Source: Candidatus Zixiibacteriota bacterium
GTDB lineage: Bacteria; Zixibacteria; MSB-5A5; GN15; FEB-12
Reading direction: 5' to 3'
Assembly: GCA_024275255.1 (NCBI GenBank)
Contig: JAJRZL010000086.1
Coordinates: forward strand, 1 to 41,188
DNA: 41,188 nt
The notes beneath the pieces are model-generated. The model made no database searches and had not been told where the DNA came from. It worked only from the letters and a program-made list of their open reading frames with translations. How positions within the stretch are numbered: the stretch's first letter is position 1; each line of letters opens with the position of its first letter. Both the position numbers and the translations under genes were made by a program. Below, one piece after another: positions 1 to 10,000 of this stretch.

Positions 1-1218
1 AATCATACGTTTGTCCTTGACCGGAAAACGGAATTAGTCAAAGTGATGTATGATGCGCCACCTGAAACAGAACTCCCGGTAGCTGATATCGCATTTGCAA
101 ACGTGCAAGCGCTTGAAACCGCAAAACAACAATTACGTAACTCTCTGGGAGAAACGGATTTTACTTCCGATTTGTATGTGTTAATTGATAACACCTATAC
201 AACTTCGGATACTTTTGCAACTGCCTTTGGGAAACTGCTGGCAGCTCTTACAATGGAGTATGGGCTGGTGTTGTTCTCACCGGGGGACCGTGACGCCAAA
301 GAGATGGCAATACCGCTGTTCGAGATGATTCTCAACCAGCAGGAAGCATTAAGTCGACAGATAACAACTACAAATGAGCATATTGCCCGTCATGGGTATC
401 ATATACAAGTTGAAAAACCGGTGAATGCCACCCACCTGTTTTGTAATCGAAACGGACGTAAACCGATACTCCGTGATGGTGACAGGTTTACTATTGGTGA
501 AGAATCTTTCTCGTATGATGAGCTGCGGGAACGAATACAACAGGAACCACAGATATTTTCACCGGATGTGATGACCCGTCCGATACTGCAATCATACTTG
601 TTCCCGGTTCTCTCTCAAAAGTGCGGACCAGCCGAGATTGCCTATCTTGCTCAGGTAAACCCGTTGTTTTCGATGTTTGGGTTGTTTCCGCCATATTATA
701 TGGCACGCCCCACAGCAACGATTATTGAAAATCGGTACAAAAAGATGATGGAAGAATACCGGATAGAGTTCCTCGAACTGACTGGTGATATTGAGCAGGT
801 GGTCAACCGTGTGCTTGCTCTTTCATTTCCCGCTGATTTGGATGCCCGGTTTGAAGTGCTGCGAAATCAGGTCAAGAAACAGTTTACCGATTTTGTGCAG
901 GAATCACTCAGGTTTGATCCTTCGCTGGAAGCTTTTGCTCATCAAACGTATGGAAAAATTGATTACACAGTAAAACAGTTTGAAACCAAAGTGTTTGCCT
1001 CTCATAAACGGAAATCCAAAGAAACCAGGGAACGTATCTATCGGCTTTGGCGAACCTTATATACTAATCGCGGGTTACAGGAACGGTCGATGAATCCAAC
1101 GTACTTTTTAGCGAAATATGGTTTGGGGTTCGTGACGTTTTTATATGAACAGCTTGATTGTGAAGAAAAAGCTCACCAGTTGATTTACATGTCGGATTAT
1201 AAGGTTGACATAACATGA
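1..1218 (+). CDS. bshC: Bacillithiol biosynthesis cysteine-adding enzyme BshC, C-terminal ~405 aa (5' end lies off-window)
   Basis: The reading frame is open from base 1, with no stop upstream of the listed Met at 43. It has a BshC-like conserved block (...PILQSYLFPVLSQKCGPAEIAYLAQ...). It sits immediately upstream of, and overlaps (ATGA at 1215-1218), a clear bshA followed by bshB. Confidence 0.72.
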   Translation, partial: NHTFVLDRKTELVKVMYDAPPETELPVADIAFANVQALETAKQQLRNSLGETDFTSDLYVLIDNTYTTSDTFATAFGKLLAALTMEYGLVLFSPGDRDAKEMAIPLFEMILNQQEALSRQITTTNEHIARHGYHIQVEKPVNATHLFCNRNGRKPILRDGDRFTIGEESFSYDELRERIQQEPQIFSPDVMTRPILQSYLFPVLSQKCGPAEIAYLAQVNPLFSMFGLFPPYYMARPTATIIENRYKKMMEEYRIEFLELTGDIEQVVNRVLALSFPADLDARFEVLRNQVKKQFTDFVQESLRFDPSLEAFAHQTYGKIDYTVKQFETKVFASHKRKSKETRERIYRLWRTLYTNRGLQERSMNPTYFLAKYGLGFVTFLYEQLDCEEKAHQLIYMSDYKVDIT

Positions 1219-2345
1219 TAATAGGAATCACGTGTTATCCCGTTGCTGGAGGGTCCGGAATCGTTGCGACAGAGCTTGGACAACAGCTTGCCGCACGCGG
1301 GCATCAGGTTCATTTTATTTCGTATGCCATTCCGTTTCGCCTTGATAACTTTCGGACGAATCTTATGTATCACGGAGTGGAAACAACAGCCTACCCGTTG
1401 TTCAAATTCCCACCCTATACTCTTACGCTGGCTGCAAAAATGGCTGAAGTGTCTCGTAATTTCAAGCTCGATATTCTTCACATGCACTATGCCATTCCCC
1501 ATGCCACCTGTGCCTACCTTGCCCGACAACTTCTTGCCTCCAACAATGAACCAATACCCAAAATTATTACCACCCTGCATGGAACAGATATTACCCTGGT
1601 AGGTTCTGACCCCTCGTTTTATGATATTACCCGCTTTTCTATCCATGCTTCCGATGGACTGACTGCGGTATCGAAATATCTTGCTGATGAAACAATTGAT
1701 GTGTTCAAAGTGAAAAAAGAAATCCGTGTTATACATAATTTTTTCGATGAGCATCGTTTCAAGCCTCGTAACGGGTGTTGTCACCGGAAAGAATTTGCCA
1801 CCGAACATGAATTTCTCATTGCCCATGTTTCCAATTTCCGCCCGGTTAAACGTACCCTTGATGTTATTGATATATTTGAGAAAATATCTGCGGAACTTCC
1901 GGCAAAGTTGGTGTTGATTGGGGAAGGTCCTGATACCATCTTAGCCCGTCGGCAGATAAACAAAAAAGGGCTGAATGATTCGGTGATATTTCTTGGTAAT
2001 CAAAGTCGTATTGAAGCGGTGTTACCATGCGCTGATTTATTCCTGATGCCTTCGGAAGAGGAATCATTCGGGTTAGCGGCTTTGGAGGCATTGGCGTGCG
2101 GGGTTCCGGTTATTGGTACAGCGGGTACGGGATTGTCGGAAGTAGTTGATGATTACAAAAATGGATTCCTTTTGCCGGTAGGAGATACAACCTCCATGGC
2201 ACGGGCGGCTATCTCTCTTTTGAAAGATGTTGAGCGGCTTGAAGAATTCAAGAAAGCTGCTGCTGAAATTGCTTTACGTCGGTTTAACTCGGAGAAGATA
2301 ATTACCGAGTATGAACGGTACTACGAAGAGGTGCTCAATGCCTGA
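1215..2345 (+). CDS. bshA: N-acetyl-alpha-D-glucosaminyl L-malate synthase BshA (GT4 glycosyltransferase)
   Basis: The N-terminus MIIGITCYPVAGGSGIVATELGQQLAARGHQVHFIS is the characteristic BshA start. The C-terminal GT4 E-x7-E region is present (PSEEESFGLAALEALACGVPVIG). It is 376 aa and lies between bshC and bshB. Confidence 0.85.
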   Translation: MIIGITCYPVAGGSGIVATELGQQLAARGHQVHFISYAIPFRLDNFRTNLMYHGVETTAYPLFKFPPYTLTLAAKMAEVSRNFKLDILHMHYAIPHATCAYLARQLLASNNEPIPKIITTLHGTDITLVGSDPSFYDITRFSIHASDGLTAVSKYLADETIDVFKVKKEIRVIHNFFDEHRFKPRNGCCHRKEFATEHEFLIAHVSNFRPVKRTLDVIDIFEKISAELPAKLVLIGEGPDTILARRQINKKGLNDSVIFLGNQSRIEAVLPCADLFLMPSEEESFGLAALEALACGVPVIGTAGTGLSEVVDDYKNGFLLPVGDTTSMARAAISLLKDVERLEEFKKAAAEIALRRFNSEKIITEYERYYEEVLNA

Positions 2346-3060
2346 ACCGGTTACCTTAGATGTGTTGGCTATTGCGGCACACCCGGACGATATCGAAATC
2401 ACTTGTGGCGGGACTCTGATAAAGTTAGCAGCGATGGGACGTGTCACCGGGGCACTGGACTTGACACGGGGAGAGATGGGTACGCTTGGTGATGAACGTT
2501 CCCGAAAGGCTGAGGCTGCCCAGGCAGGTGAGGTGATGGGGCTAAGCTGGCGTGGTAATCTCGCTTTACCTGACTCGGCGGTGGCGTACAACCAGGAAAA
2601 TAAACTCAAAATCGCCCAGGTTATTCGTGACACCAAACCGGAGTTGGTTATTCTGCCGCATTGGGAACAACGCCACCCCGACCATCTAACCTGCAGTCGT
2701 TTGGGATACGATGCCTGTTTTCTTGCCGGGTTGAAAAAAATAAACCTGCAAGGTGAGCCGTATCGACCGCGTAAGATTATGTATGTATCGTATTTCCGTA
2801 ATACGGACTATTCGTTTCTTGTCGATATCAGCAAGTATTTTGAGAAGAAGTGTGATGCGGTCAGAGCATACCGATCACAGTTCGGTGGTGAGGTAACGGC
2901 AAAACAAATCTTTCAACCGGGACTGGATATTTTCGATCTCATGCGTACCCGTGCCGCTGCTCTGGGACAACTGGTCGGCGTGCAATACGCCGAAGCATTT
3001 ACGATTAAAGAGCATATCCTCATAGATGACCCGCAGAAAATACCGGTACAGTCGATTTAA
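2338..3060 (+). CDS. bshB: N-acetyl-alpha-D-glucosaminyl L-malate deacetylase BshB (LmbE/PIG-L family)
   Basis: It carries the PIG-L/LmbE signature (LAIAAHPDDIEITCGGTL...TRGEMGT...HPDH). The tracked ORF starts at 2311. I prefer the in-frame ATG at 2338, which overlaps the bshA stop (ATGCCTGA). Confidence 0.8.
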   Translation: MPEPVTLDVLAIAAHPDDIEITCGGTLIKLAAMGRVTGALDLTRGEMGTLGDERSRKAEAAQAGEVMGLSWRGNLALPDSAVAYNQENKLKIAQVIRDTKPELVILPHWEQRHPDHLTCSRLGYDACFLAGLKKINLQGEPYRPRKIMYVSYFRNTDYSFLVDISKYFEKKCDAVRAYRSQFGGEVTAKQIFQPGLDIFDLMRTRAAALGQLVGVQYAEAFTIKEHILIDDPQKIPVQSI

Positions 3061-3121
3061 TTTTCGTATGTATCATCTTACAGTCAAGCTGAGCGATACT
3101 ACACTTATAGTATATTTATAA

Positions 3122-3218
3122 TGGCGGAAGGGGTGGGAATCGAACCCACCAGGGACAATACGATTGCCCCCCACACGGCTTTGAAGGCCGGGACCGCCAC
3201 CAGACGGCATCCGCTTCC
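3122..3218 (-). tRNA. selC: tRNA-Sec (anticodon UCA), 97 nt, CCA encoded
   Basis: The reverse complement reads GGAAGCGG-AT-GCCGTC-TGGT-GGCGGT-...CCGGC-CTTCAAA-GCCG...-long variable arm (GGGGCAAT/ATTGTCCC)-GGTGGGTTCGATTCCCACC-CCTTCC-G-CCA. Features that fit tRNA-Sec:
- Anticodon loop CU-UCA-AA, with the anticodon at 3182-3184.
- A 6-bp D stem with a 4-nt loop.
- A long extra arm and a canonical T loop.
- A 5' end GGAAG... like E. coli selC.
selA and selB are present in the same window. My hand fold leaves one C:C mismatch in the acceptor stem, so the exact 8/5 geometry is unverified. Confidence 0.85.
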
Positions 3219-3224
3219 GGCAAA

Positions 3225-3253
3225 AGTATATAGTAAATTAATATAATTGGCAA
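3225..3253 (-). promoter_or_regulatory. Putative sigma70-type promoter for selC (TTGCCA-17 nt-TATACT)
   Basis: On the minus strand the sequence is TTGCCA (3253-3248), a 17-nt spacer, then TATACT (3230-3225). Only 6 nt (TTTGCC) follow before tRNA position 1. This is a sequence match only. Whether this lineage uses E. coli-like promoter consensus is unknown. Confidence 0.4.
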
Positions 3254-3310
3254 TAAAAACAGTTGCCCTCTCGATTTCGTTCAGAGTGAATAAATCCTAT
3301 GGTGTGTTAA

Positions 3311-3343
3311 AAAAGACCTGCCGGGTATTCCGACAGGTCTTTT
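3311..3343. terminator. Bidirectional hairpin (AAAAGACCTGcCGG-gtatt-CCGaCAGGTCTTTT) flanked by A/T runs
   Basis: The stem is about 13 bp with one C:A mismatch. It has a T-run on the plus side (TTTTAGTTT) and a better T-run on the minus side (TTTTTTAAC). It lies between selC and recG. Confidence 0.45.
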
Positions 3344-3387
3344 AGTTTATGTTTGACTCTGTATAAATAATCTCACAATCTGTCAGT

Positions 3388-5475
3388 ATGACAGATTTGC
3401 GTTTACATTCACCACTTCAATACGTGAAAGGTGTCGGACCACGTAAGGCGGAAGTGTTAGCGAAGTACGGAATGTACACGGTATCTGATCTGCTTTGGTA
3501 TTTTCCACGAAGTTATCTTGACAGGTCAACGATTGTACCAATCAATCAAGTTAAAGTTGATCAAATGGTAACAATTGTTGGACAGGTAAAAGCACATGGG
3601 ATATTACACGGACGACGGAAACGATACGAGGTTATTCTCGAAGATAAGACCGGGGCAATTTCCCTTATCTGGTTCCAGCCACTTCATTACTGGTCGCGTG
3701 TGTTCAAGAAGGGGCAATGGTACGCCGCATCTGGAGTAGTCAGCTATTTTATGGGACACCAGATAATTCATCCTGATTTGGGACGTCTCGATGACGAAAG
3801 TGATAACATGATTCATGCCGGGCGGATTATTCCGGTATATCCACAGACTTCGGAGTTGAACAAAGTCGGGTTGAACAGTAAGGGTATCCGTCGTCTGACA
3901 ACATTTGTATTCGAGCATCTTTCGGAAACTATTCCTGATTATTTACCGGGAGAAGAGTGTCGATTGCACCAACTGCCATCATTGCATGAAGCAATATACC
4001 GTATTCATTACCCGGACACACGGGCACAAATCGAAACCTGTCGACGGCGGTTGGCATTTGATGAATTATTGGAATTGCAGTTCTTGGTATTTCGGAGTCG
4101 TCGGGAACGGGAAACGGTCAGGAAGAATCACCGGTACCGTACTTCAGCAAATGTTATTGGAGCTCTTATAAAAAAACTGCCGTTTGAGCTTACCACAGGA
4201 CAGAAGCAATCCATCAAAGAAATCATCAATGACTTACAACAAGAACAACCTATGAATCGGATGCTTCAGGGGGATGTCGGTTGCGGGAAAACGCTGGTGG
4301 CGATAGCAGCAGCGTTTTATGCCGCGAAGAACACATTGCAAACGGCATTCATGGCGCCAACTGAAATATTAGCCGAACAGCATTATCGTAATTGGCATGA
4401 TTTGCTCGCCGAGGAAGGGGTAACAAGCGCACTGTTGACTTCGAGTTTGTCAAAAGCAAAAAAGGAGCAGGTTGCCAAAGCATGTACTGAAGGAGAAATT
4501 GATATCCTGTTTGGTACTCACGCTCTTATTTATGATTATGTTTCTTTTAAGCAACTGGGGCTTGTGATAATTGATGAACAGCATCGCTTTGGTGTAAAAC
4601 AGCGAGGGAAATTGTATGCCAAGGGAGAAAACCCCGACCTGCTCGTGATGACTGCAACCCCCATTCCTCGTACATTGACACTAACGCTCTATGGTGATTT
4701 GGATATTTCCACAATCAAAGATTTACCGCCCGGGCGAAAACCGGTACGAACCGCTTGGCGAACACAGGAGGTACGGGAAAAGGTATATGCTTTTGTCCGT
4801 GATGAAATTGCCAAAGGAGGGCAGGTTTACATTATTTATCCCATTATTGAGAAAAGCGAACGGATTGAGCTTGAAAATGTCGAAGATGCCTACCGGGAAC
4901 TCTCTGGCGGGGAGTTTAAGGGGTATCGTGTGGGAATGGTGCATGGTCGTATTAAGCCGAAGGAACGGGATGACATTCTCAAACAATTTCATGATGGTGA
5001 GCTTGATATTTTAATGGCAACCACTGTTGTTGAAGTGGGACTTGATAACCCCAATGCTACGGTAATGATTATTGAACATGCGGAACGATTTGGTCTGGCG
5101 CAACTGCACCAGCTCAGGGGGCGCATCGGCAGGGGAAGCAAACAGGCAACATTGATTGCGATTGCTCATCCGCCATTGACTGATATTGCAAAAAAACGTC
5201 TGGAATACTTTTCCCAGACAACGGATGGCTTCAAAATTGCAGAAGCCGACCTGGAACTGCGCGGACCGGGGGAAATGTATGGTGTGAAACAATCCGGGCT
5301 GCCGGAGTTACGTGCCGCCCGGTTGTCAACTGACAGGGATTTGCTGGAAGCCGCCCGGAAACTGCTTGTTCAATTATTTACGAGTGTACAGAGCCTTGAC
5401 AGCACGTACAGAAACTTGTATACCTACCTGGTGAAAAAAACTGCATCCCGGAATGTTACATTAGGTGGGGGATAA
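3388..5475 (+). CDS. recG: ATP-dependent DNA helicase RecG
   Basis: It is 695 aa with an N-terminal wedge/OB region. Walker A is GDVGCGKT, the DEAH-like box is IDEQHRFG, and the helicase C motifs are present (TTVVEVGLD, QLHQLRGRIGRG). The TRG hairpin region is also present. Confidence 0.95.
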   Translation: MTDLRLHSPLQYVKGVGPRKAEVLAKYGMYTVSDLLWYFPRSYLDRSTIVPINQVKVDQMVTIVGQVKAHGILHGRRKRYEVILEDKTGAISLIWFQPLHYWSRVFKKGQWYAASGVVSYFMGHQIIHPDLGRLDDESDNMIHAGRIIPVYPQTSELNKVGLNSKGIRRLTTFVFEHLSETIPDYLPGEECRLHQLPSLHEAIYRIHYPDTRAQIETCRRRLAFDELLELQFLVFRSRRERETVRKNHRYRTSANVIGALIKKLPFELTTGQKQSIKEIINDLQQEQPMNRMLQGDVGCGKTLVAIAAAFYAAKNTLQTAFMAPTEILAEQHYRNWHDLLAEEGVTSALLTSSLSKAKKEQVAKACTEGEIDILFGTHALIYDYVSFKQLGLVIIDEQHRFGVKQRGKLYAKGENPDLLVMTATPIPRTLTLTLYGDLDISTIKDLPPGRKPVRTAWRTQEVREKVYAFVRDEIAKGGQVYIIYPIIEKSERIELENVEDAYRELSGGEFKGYRVGMVHGRIKPKERDDILKQFHDGELDILMATTVVEVGLDNPNATVMIIEHAERFGLAQLHQLRGRIGRGSKQATLIAIAHPPLTDIAKKRLEYFSQTTDGFKIAEADLELRGPGEMYGVKQSGLPELRAARLSTDRDLLEAARKLLVQLFTSVQSLDSTYRNLYTYLVKKTASRNVTLGGG

Positions 5476-5509
5476 GTGTATAAAATGTGGGGGTGTTGCT
5501 AAGGGAGAA

Positions 5510-5905
5510 ATGGCGATGACAAACTCGACAGAAACAAATAACCAGTTGTTTACGCAGTTGGTATTGTCGCTACAGATGGGAGCGATGCAGCAGTTAGGGA
5601 AAATTGCTTCACCGGTTACCGGTAAAATAGAACGTGATTTGGTGATGGCAAAAGCCAGTATTGATATGCTGGAAATGCTTGAGGTGAAAACCAAGGGCAA
5701 CTTGACTTCCGACGAAGAAAAACTGCTTTCACATGTACTGTATGAATTGCGTTTGAATTATGTCGATGAAGTAAATAAAAAAGACCGGCAACCAGAAACA
5801 AAACCGGAAAAAGAGGAAAAACCTGAAAAAGAAGAAAAATCGGAAGCTTCAAAACCAACAGAACAACAGGAAACGGTAAGCGAACCCTCTAAAACGGATG
5901 AATAA
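5510..5905 (+). CDS. DUF1844 domain protein with acidic/Lys-rich PEKEEK tail
   Basis: The core ...LFTQLVLSLQMGAMQQLGKIASPVTGKIERDLVMAKASIDMLEMLEVKTKGNL..EE..L...LYELRLNYV matches the DUF1844 pattern as I remember it. The tracked ORF begins at GTG 5465, inside the recG end. ATG 5510 (or 5516), preceded by AAGGGAG, is more plausible. Confidence 0.65.
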   Translation: MAMTNSTETNNQLFTQLVLSLQMGAMQQLGKIASPVTGKIERDLVMAKASIDMLEMLEVKTKGNLTSDEEKLLSHVLYELRLNYVDEVNKKDRQPETKPEKEEKPEKEEKSEASKPTEQQETVSEPSKTDE

Positions 5906-6032
5906 AACTATTATTACCGGTTGAATCCCTGTGGGGTTTACGTGTATAAGTAAAAGAGAAGAGGATATTTCCATATACTACAAGGTTTAATATACTTGCC
6001 AACTAACCGGCGACAAGGTATATTTGTCTTAG

Positions 6033-6983
6033 ATGAAAATGATTGAACAACCGTCACTTAAACCGAATAACCCGAGAGCGGATATCATACGCGTTTTTGG
6101 AAATTCAGTCGAATTTGACAAGCCCTTGGCTCCGTTTACAAGTTATAAAACCGGTGGGGCGGCACAATATTTTATCCAGGCAAAGACTGTCGAGGATATT
6201 TTGCGGGCGGTGACAGGTGCGAACAAGCTTGGAATACCGTTGTTTTTTATCGGCGGCGGTTCGAATTTGCTTGTTTCTGATAATGGTTTCAACGGGTTGG
6301 TTGTCAAGGTTGATGTCCGAGGAATGAAGGTTGTCGATAAGACAGTTATTGAGTGTGGAGCGGGTGAGGACCTGATGAAGCTGGTAGAATTTGCCGCTGA
6401 GCATGGGTTGACTGGTATAGAATTTGCAGCAGGTATCTGGGGGACGGTGGGAGGCGCTGTGTATGGTAACGCCGGAGCCTATGGTGGGGAAATTGGTAAA
6501 GTTATAGAAAGTGTCACAGTAGTTAGCCCGAATGGTGAATTGAAAAGCGTTAATCAGGAATACTGCCGGTTTGGATACCGGGATTCGTACCTGAAAACCA
6601 GTGGTGACATCATTATTTCGGTGCGTATTAAATTGTTGTCCGGTAATAAGAAAGAAATAAAAAAACGGGTGGAGGAAATTTTAGCCGATAGAGCTGGAAA
6701 ACACCCGGAGGCCATGACTGCCGGTTGTGTATTTAAGAATATACCCGACCCAAAAGAACAGTACGGAAAATTACCGGCAGGCCGATTATTAGAACAGGTA
6801 GGCGCAAAAGGATTATCTGTCGGTGGCGCCCGTGTTTTTGATAGGCACGCAAATATCATTATTAATACTGGGAATGCAACATCGAGAGATATCAGCGCTT
6901 TGATAGAGTTGCTTAAAAAGAAAGTTCGTGATAAATTTGATATCGAGCTTGAAGAAGAGATTATACGAGTTGGTAACTTCTAA
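6033..6983 (+). CDS. murB: UDP-N-acetylenolpyruvoylglucosamine reductase MurB
   Basis: It is 316 aa with an FAD-binding PCMH domain (TSYKTGGAAQYF...IGGGSNLLV). The C-terminal MurB domain is present (GCVFKNP-like CVFKNIP, ...AGRLLEQVGAKGLSVGGARV...HANIIIN). Confidence 0.9.
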   Translation: MKMIEQPSLKPNNPRADIIRVFGNSVEFDKPLAPFTSYKTGGAAQYFIQAKTVEDILRAVTGANKLGIPLFFIGGGSNLLVSDNGFNGLVVKVDVRGMKVVDKTVIECGAGEDLMKLVEFAAEHGLTGIEFAAGIWGTVGGAVYGNAGAYGGEIGKVIESVTVVSPNGELKSVNQEYCRFGYRDSYLKTSGDIIISVRIKLLSGNKKEIKKRVEEILADRAGKHPEAMTAGCVFKNIPDPKEQYGKLPAGRLLEQVGAKGLSVGGARVFDRHANIIINTGNATSRDISALIELLKKKVRDKFDIELEEEIIRVGNF

Positions 6984-7047
6984 ACTCACAGGAGGTTATA
7001 TCGAAAGATTTATAATGAATTAAATTGTGTGAAACAAAACGGAAGTT

Positions 7048-10000
7048 GTGATTTTAACAACGTCAAAAATTCTGTTATTTTTTGTTTTGACCGTCATGGT
7101 GGGTATGATGGGGTGTCCTGTTGTATATGGCGCCTCAGGTTTCTCCATGTCCCTTGAGGAACCACCATCAGAGGTTTCTTCCTATTTAGAACCTCCCAGC
7201 AGGTTATCAGTTTCATTAAGTGAACCTCTGTATCCGAATCTTTCCCGATATTTGAATCGTAATCCCAAAGTTGTCGCTTCCAGTTATGAGAAGAAGACAC
7301 TCCGGTTTAATACTACCATATACAAGCATGGACGCGATTCTCTGACCTTGGTCCCGGTGGCAACAGATGCTGAACGATACATGGCGAAACGGTTGGTGCA
7401 AAAGCTTGATCAGAATTTTTATAAAGCCTTAACCCAGTCACTGAAAAACCCCGATGCACGAAAAAAACGGCAGGGATTGGGACTTAGCCTGCAGCTTCCG
7501 ACTCGTTTGCAACGTGTATTTGGCGAAGGTGGAGCCGGTTTACGGGTCAATGGATTCAGGAAGATTACTTTCGCCGGAAGATCGCAATGGACCGAGGCAT
7601 CAAACTCACCGGTCTATTCACAAAGTAAATTCCCCTCTTTACACATGGAGCAGTTTTATCGTTTTGATATTACCGGTAACATTGGTTCAAAAATCACGGT
7701 AAAAGTTTCTCAGGACAGCCAGACCGATATTCCGCTTACCAACACTTTGCAGATTCGATATAAAGGCGATGAAGATGATATCCTGAAATCCATTGAAGCC
7801 GGTAATACTAATCTCAAACTGCCTAATACGCAGTTTGTCGGGTATTCTTCTCGTATTCAGGGGTTGTTTGGTGTCAAAGCGGAAGCCCAGGTTGGTAATC
7901 TTCGCATAGTTGGAATAGCGTCGCAGGAAAAGGGTTCTTCCGAGCGAACACGTGTAACGCCCTCTGGTGAAGAAAGTGCCAAGATTATCCGTGACAACGA
8001 ATATGTGGAACGTCGTATTTTTGACCTTGGTCGTCCGGGGGATTTCCAGCCCGGTGATGATATTATATCATTATTTGTCTATGAAGAACTGGTACAAACA
8101 CAGGATATCCGCCCGGGTGATGCTTTATATGCCCGGATGTACGTGAACCCGGCATACCCGGACAGCTTCTCAAGTGAAAGTGTCATTCTTACCGATGCGC
8201 AAGCGGGTGTTATACAGGTGCAGCCTGATCAATATGAATACTACAGCCTGCCGGATTCAAATAAATACTACATTATTTTCAAATCACCTCGTCGTAACCG
8301 TGCGCTTGGGGTTCAGATGCAGATAAAACGCGGTACTGATACCATATTTGTCGGTTCGATTTCTGATACGGCATCTCTGAAGCTGTTGTACTCCCCGGAT
8401 ATGACTCCCGACTACCAGGTATGGAACTTGATGTGGCGAAACTGTTATGCCATTCCCAAAGGTGTGACTATTGATGATTTCGACCTGAAGGTTTATAAGG
8501 GGCTTAAAAATAGTGAAAACAGCAGTACTAGTCTGGATTACCAGCAAACGGACCTGGGTACGGAAACATATCTTGAAATACTTGGGCTGGATCAATATGA
8601 TGCAACGGGAAAGAAGGTGCCTGATGGGAAACTGGATGACCGGTTTGAAATATTCAGGCCCGATTTAGGGTTGTTGATTTTCCCGCATCGAAGACCGTTT
8701 GCGAACGATACGACATTTGTATCCGAAACCGGTAAGGAAACGCAGCCGTTGCAGGATACAGTGCATAATATCTATTTCTATCTGCCTCGAGGAACAGAAA
8801 AAACCGATGCCAGCAGGTATTTCCTGAAACTGTTTACCAAGTCGCGGAGTACCATCATTCGATTGGGGAAACCTAATATCATTGAAGGCTCGGAGTCGAT
8901 TACCTTAAACGGCAGGCAGCTTCAAAAAGGAAAAGATTATACTATTGATTATTCTTTTGGACAGGTAACGCTTCTCACCGATGAGGCGGGGGATCCCAAT
9001 GCGGATATTAATATTGATTTTTCGTATGCCCCGTTTTTTGCTGTGCAAAAGAAAACGCTGCTTGGATTACGAGCCGAATATGAATGGAATAAAGATTTCA
9101 AAATCGGTTCGACTGTTCTTTTCAAATCTGACAAGGCTCAGGACAGAAAACCACGGGTCGGGATGGAAACGGCAAAAGCCACGGTTTTTGATGTGGATGC
9201 TTCTTTGAGCTTGCGTCCCAATTTCTTGACCAAGCTGGCAAATGCGCTTCCTTTTTACTCTACGGAAACACCGTCCAATCTGAAGCTGTCCGGGGAAATT
9301 GCCCAGTCGCACCCGAACCCCAATGTTGAAGGGAAAGCGTATATTGATGACTTTGAAGCTTCCTCGGAACATTTGACGTTAGGTACGAATCGTACTCTCT
9401 GGAGAAAGTCCAGCCGTCCTCTTCAGGTCGAACTGGATAGAGAACGAGCGAAGCTGCTCTGGCATAATCCCCGTGATCCGCTGAATATTGAAGATGTGTA
9501 TGACCGTGACCCTCGTCAGGGATCCGGAACATTGCGTTCACTTCGGATGGTATTCCGCCCGAATTATCTGGATACGATTTGGGATACTACGGTAGTGGGT
9601 GAAGATACGACCTACTCCATTGTGTCTATTGAAGAGCCGGCAATTCCACGAAAATCCTGGGCGGGTATCACACGCTTTTTTGGTGGAAGGATAGACAGTA
9701 AACGCATCCAGTTATTTGAATTCCGTGCTCGAGCAAGTAAAGGAGCTGTGCTTCACTTTGATTTTGGAAAAGTGAGTGAAGACATCAATGGCGATGGGAA
9801 TGCGTTTAACGAAGATCAGACTAATACCGGAAACTTCCTTCCCTCAGAAGATGTCGGATTGGATGGTTTACCGGATTCGTTGGAACCACGGTATGACCCG
9901 ATAACCAATCCCGACCCTAATGGTGATGACTGGTTTTTCCTCGGTGACGGGAAATGCCCGTTGTCACCTGATGAATGTGCCACACTTCAGGACCCCAATG

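Noticed and set aside
5465-5509. A Cys-rich N-terminal extension (MGDKCIKCGGVAKGE) of the DUF1844 ORF that resembles half a zinc ribbon
   Set aside because: It depends on a GTG start inside the recG stop region. An ATG with an AAGGGAG SD lies at 5510, and the DUF1844 core begins after it. It is probably untranslated.
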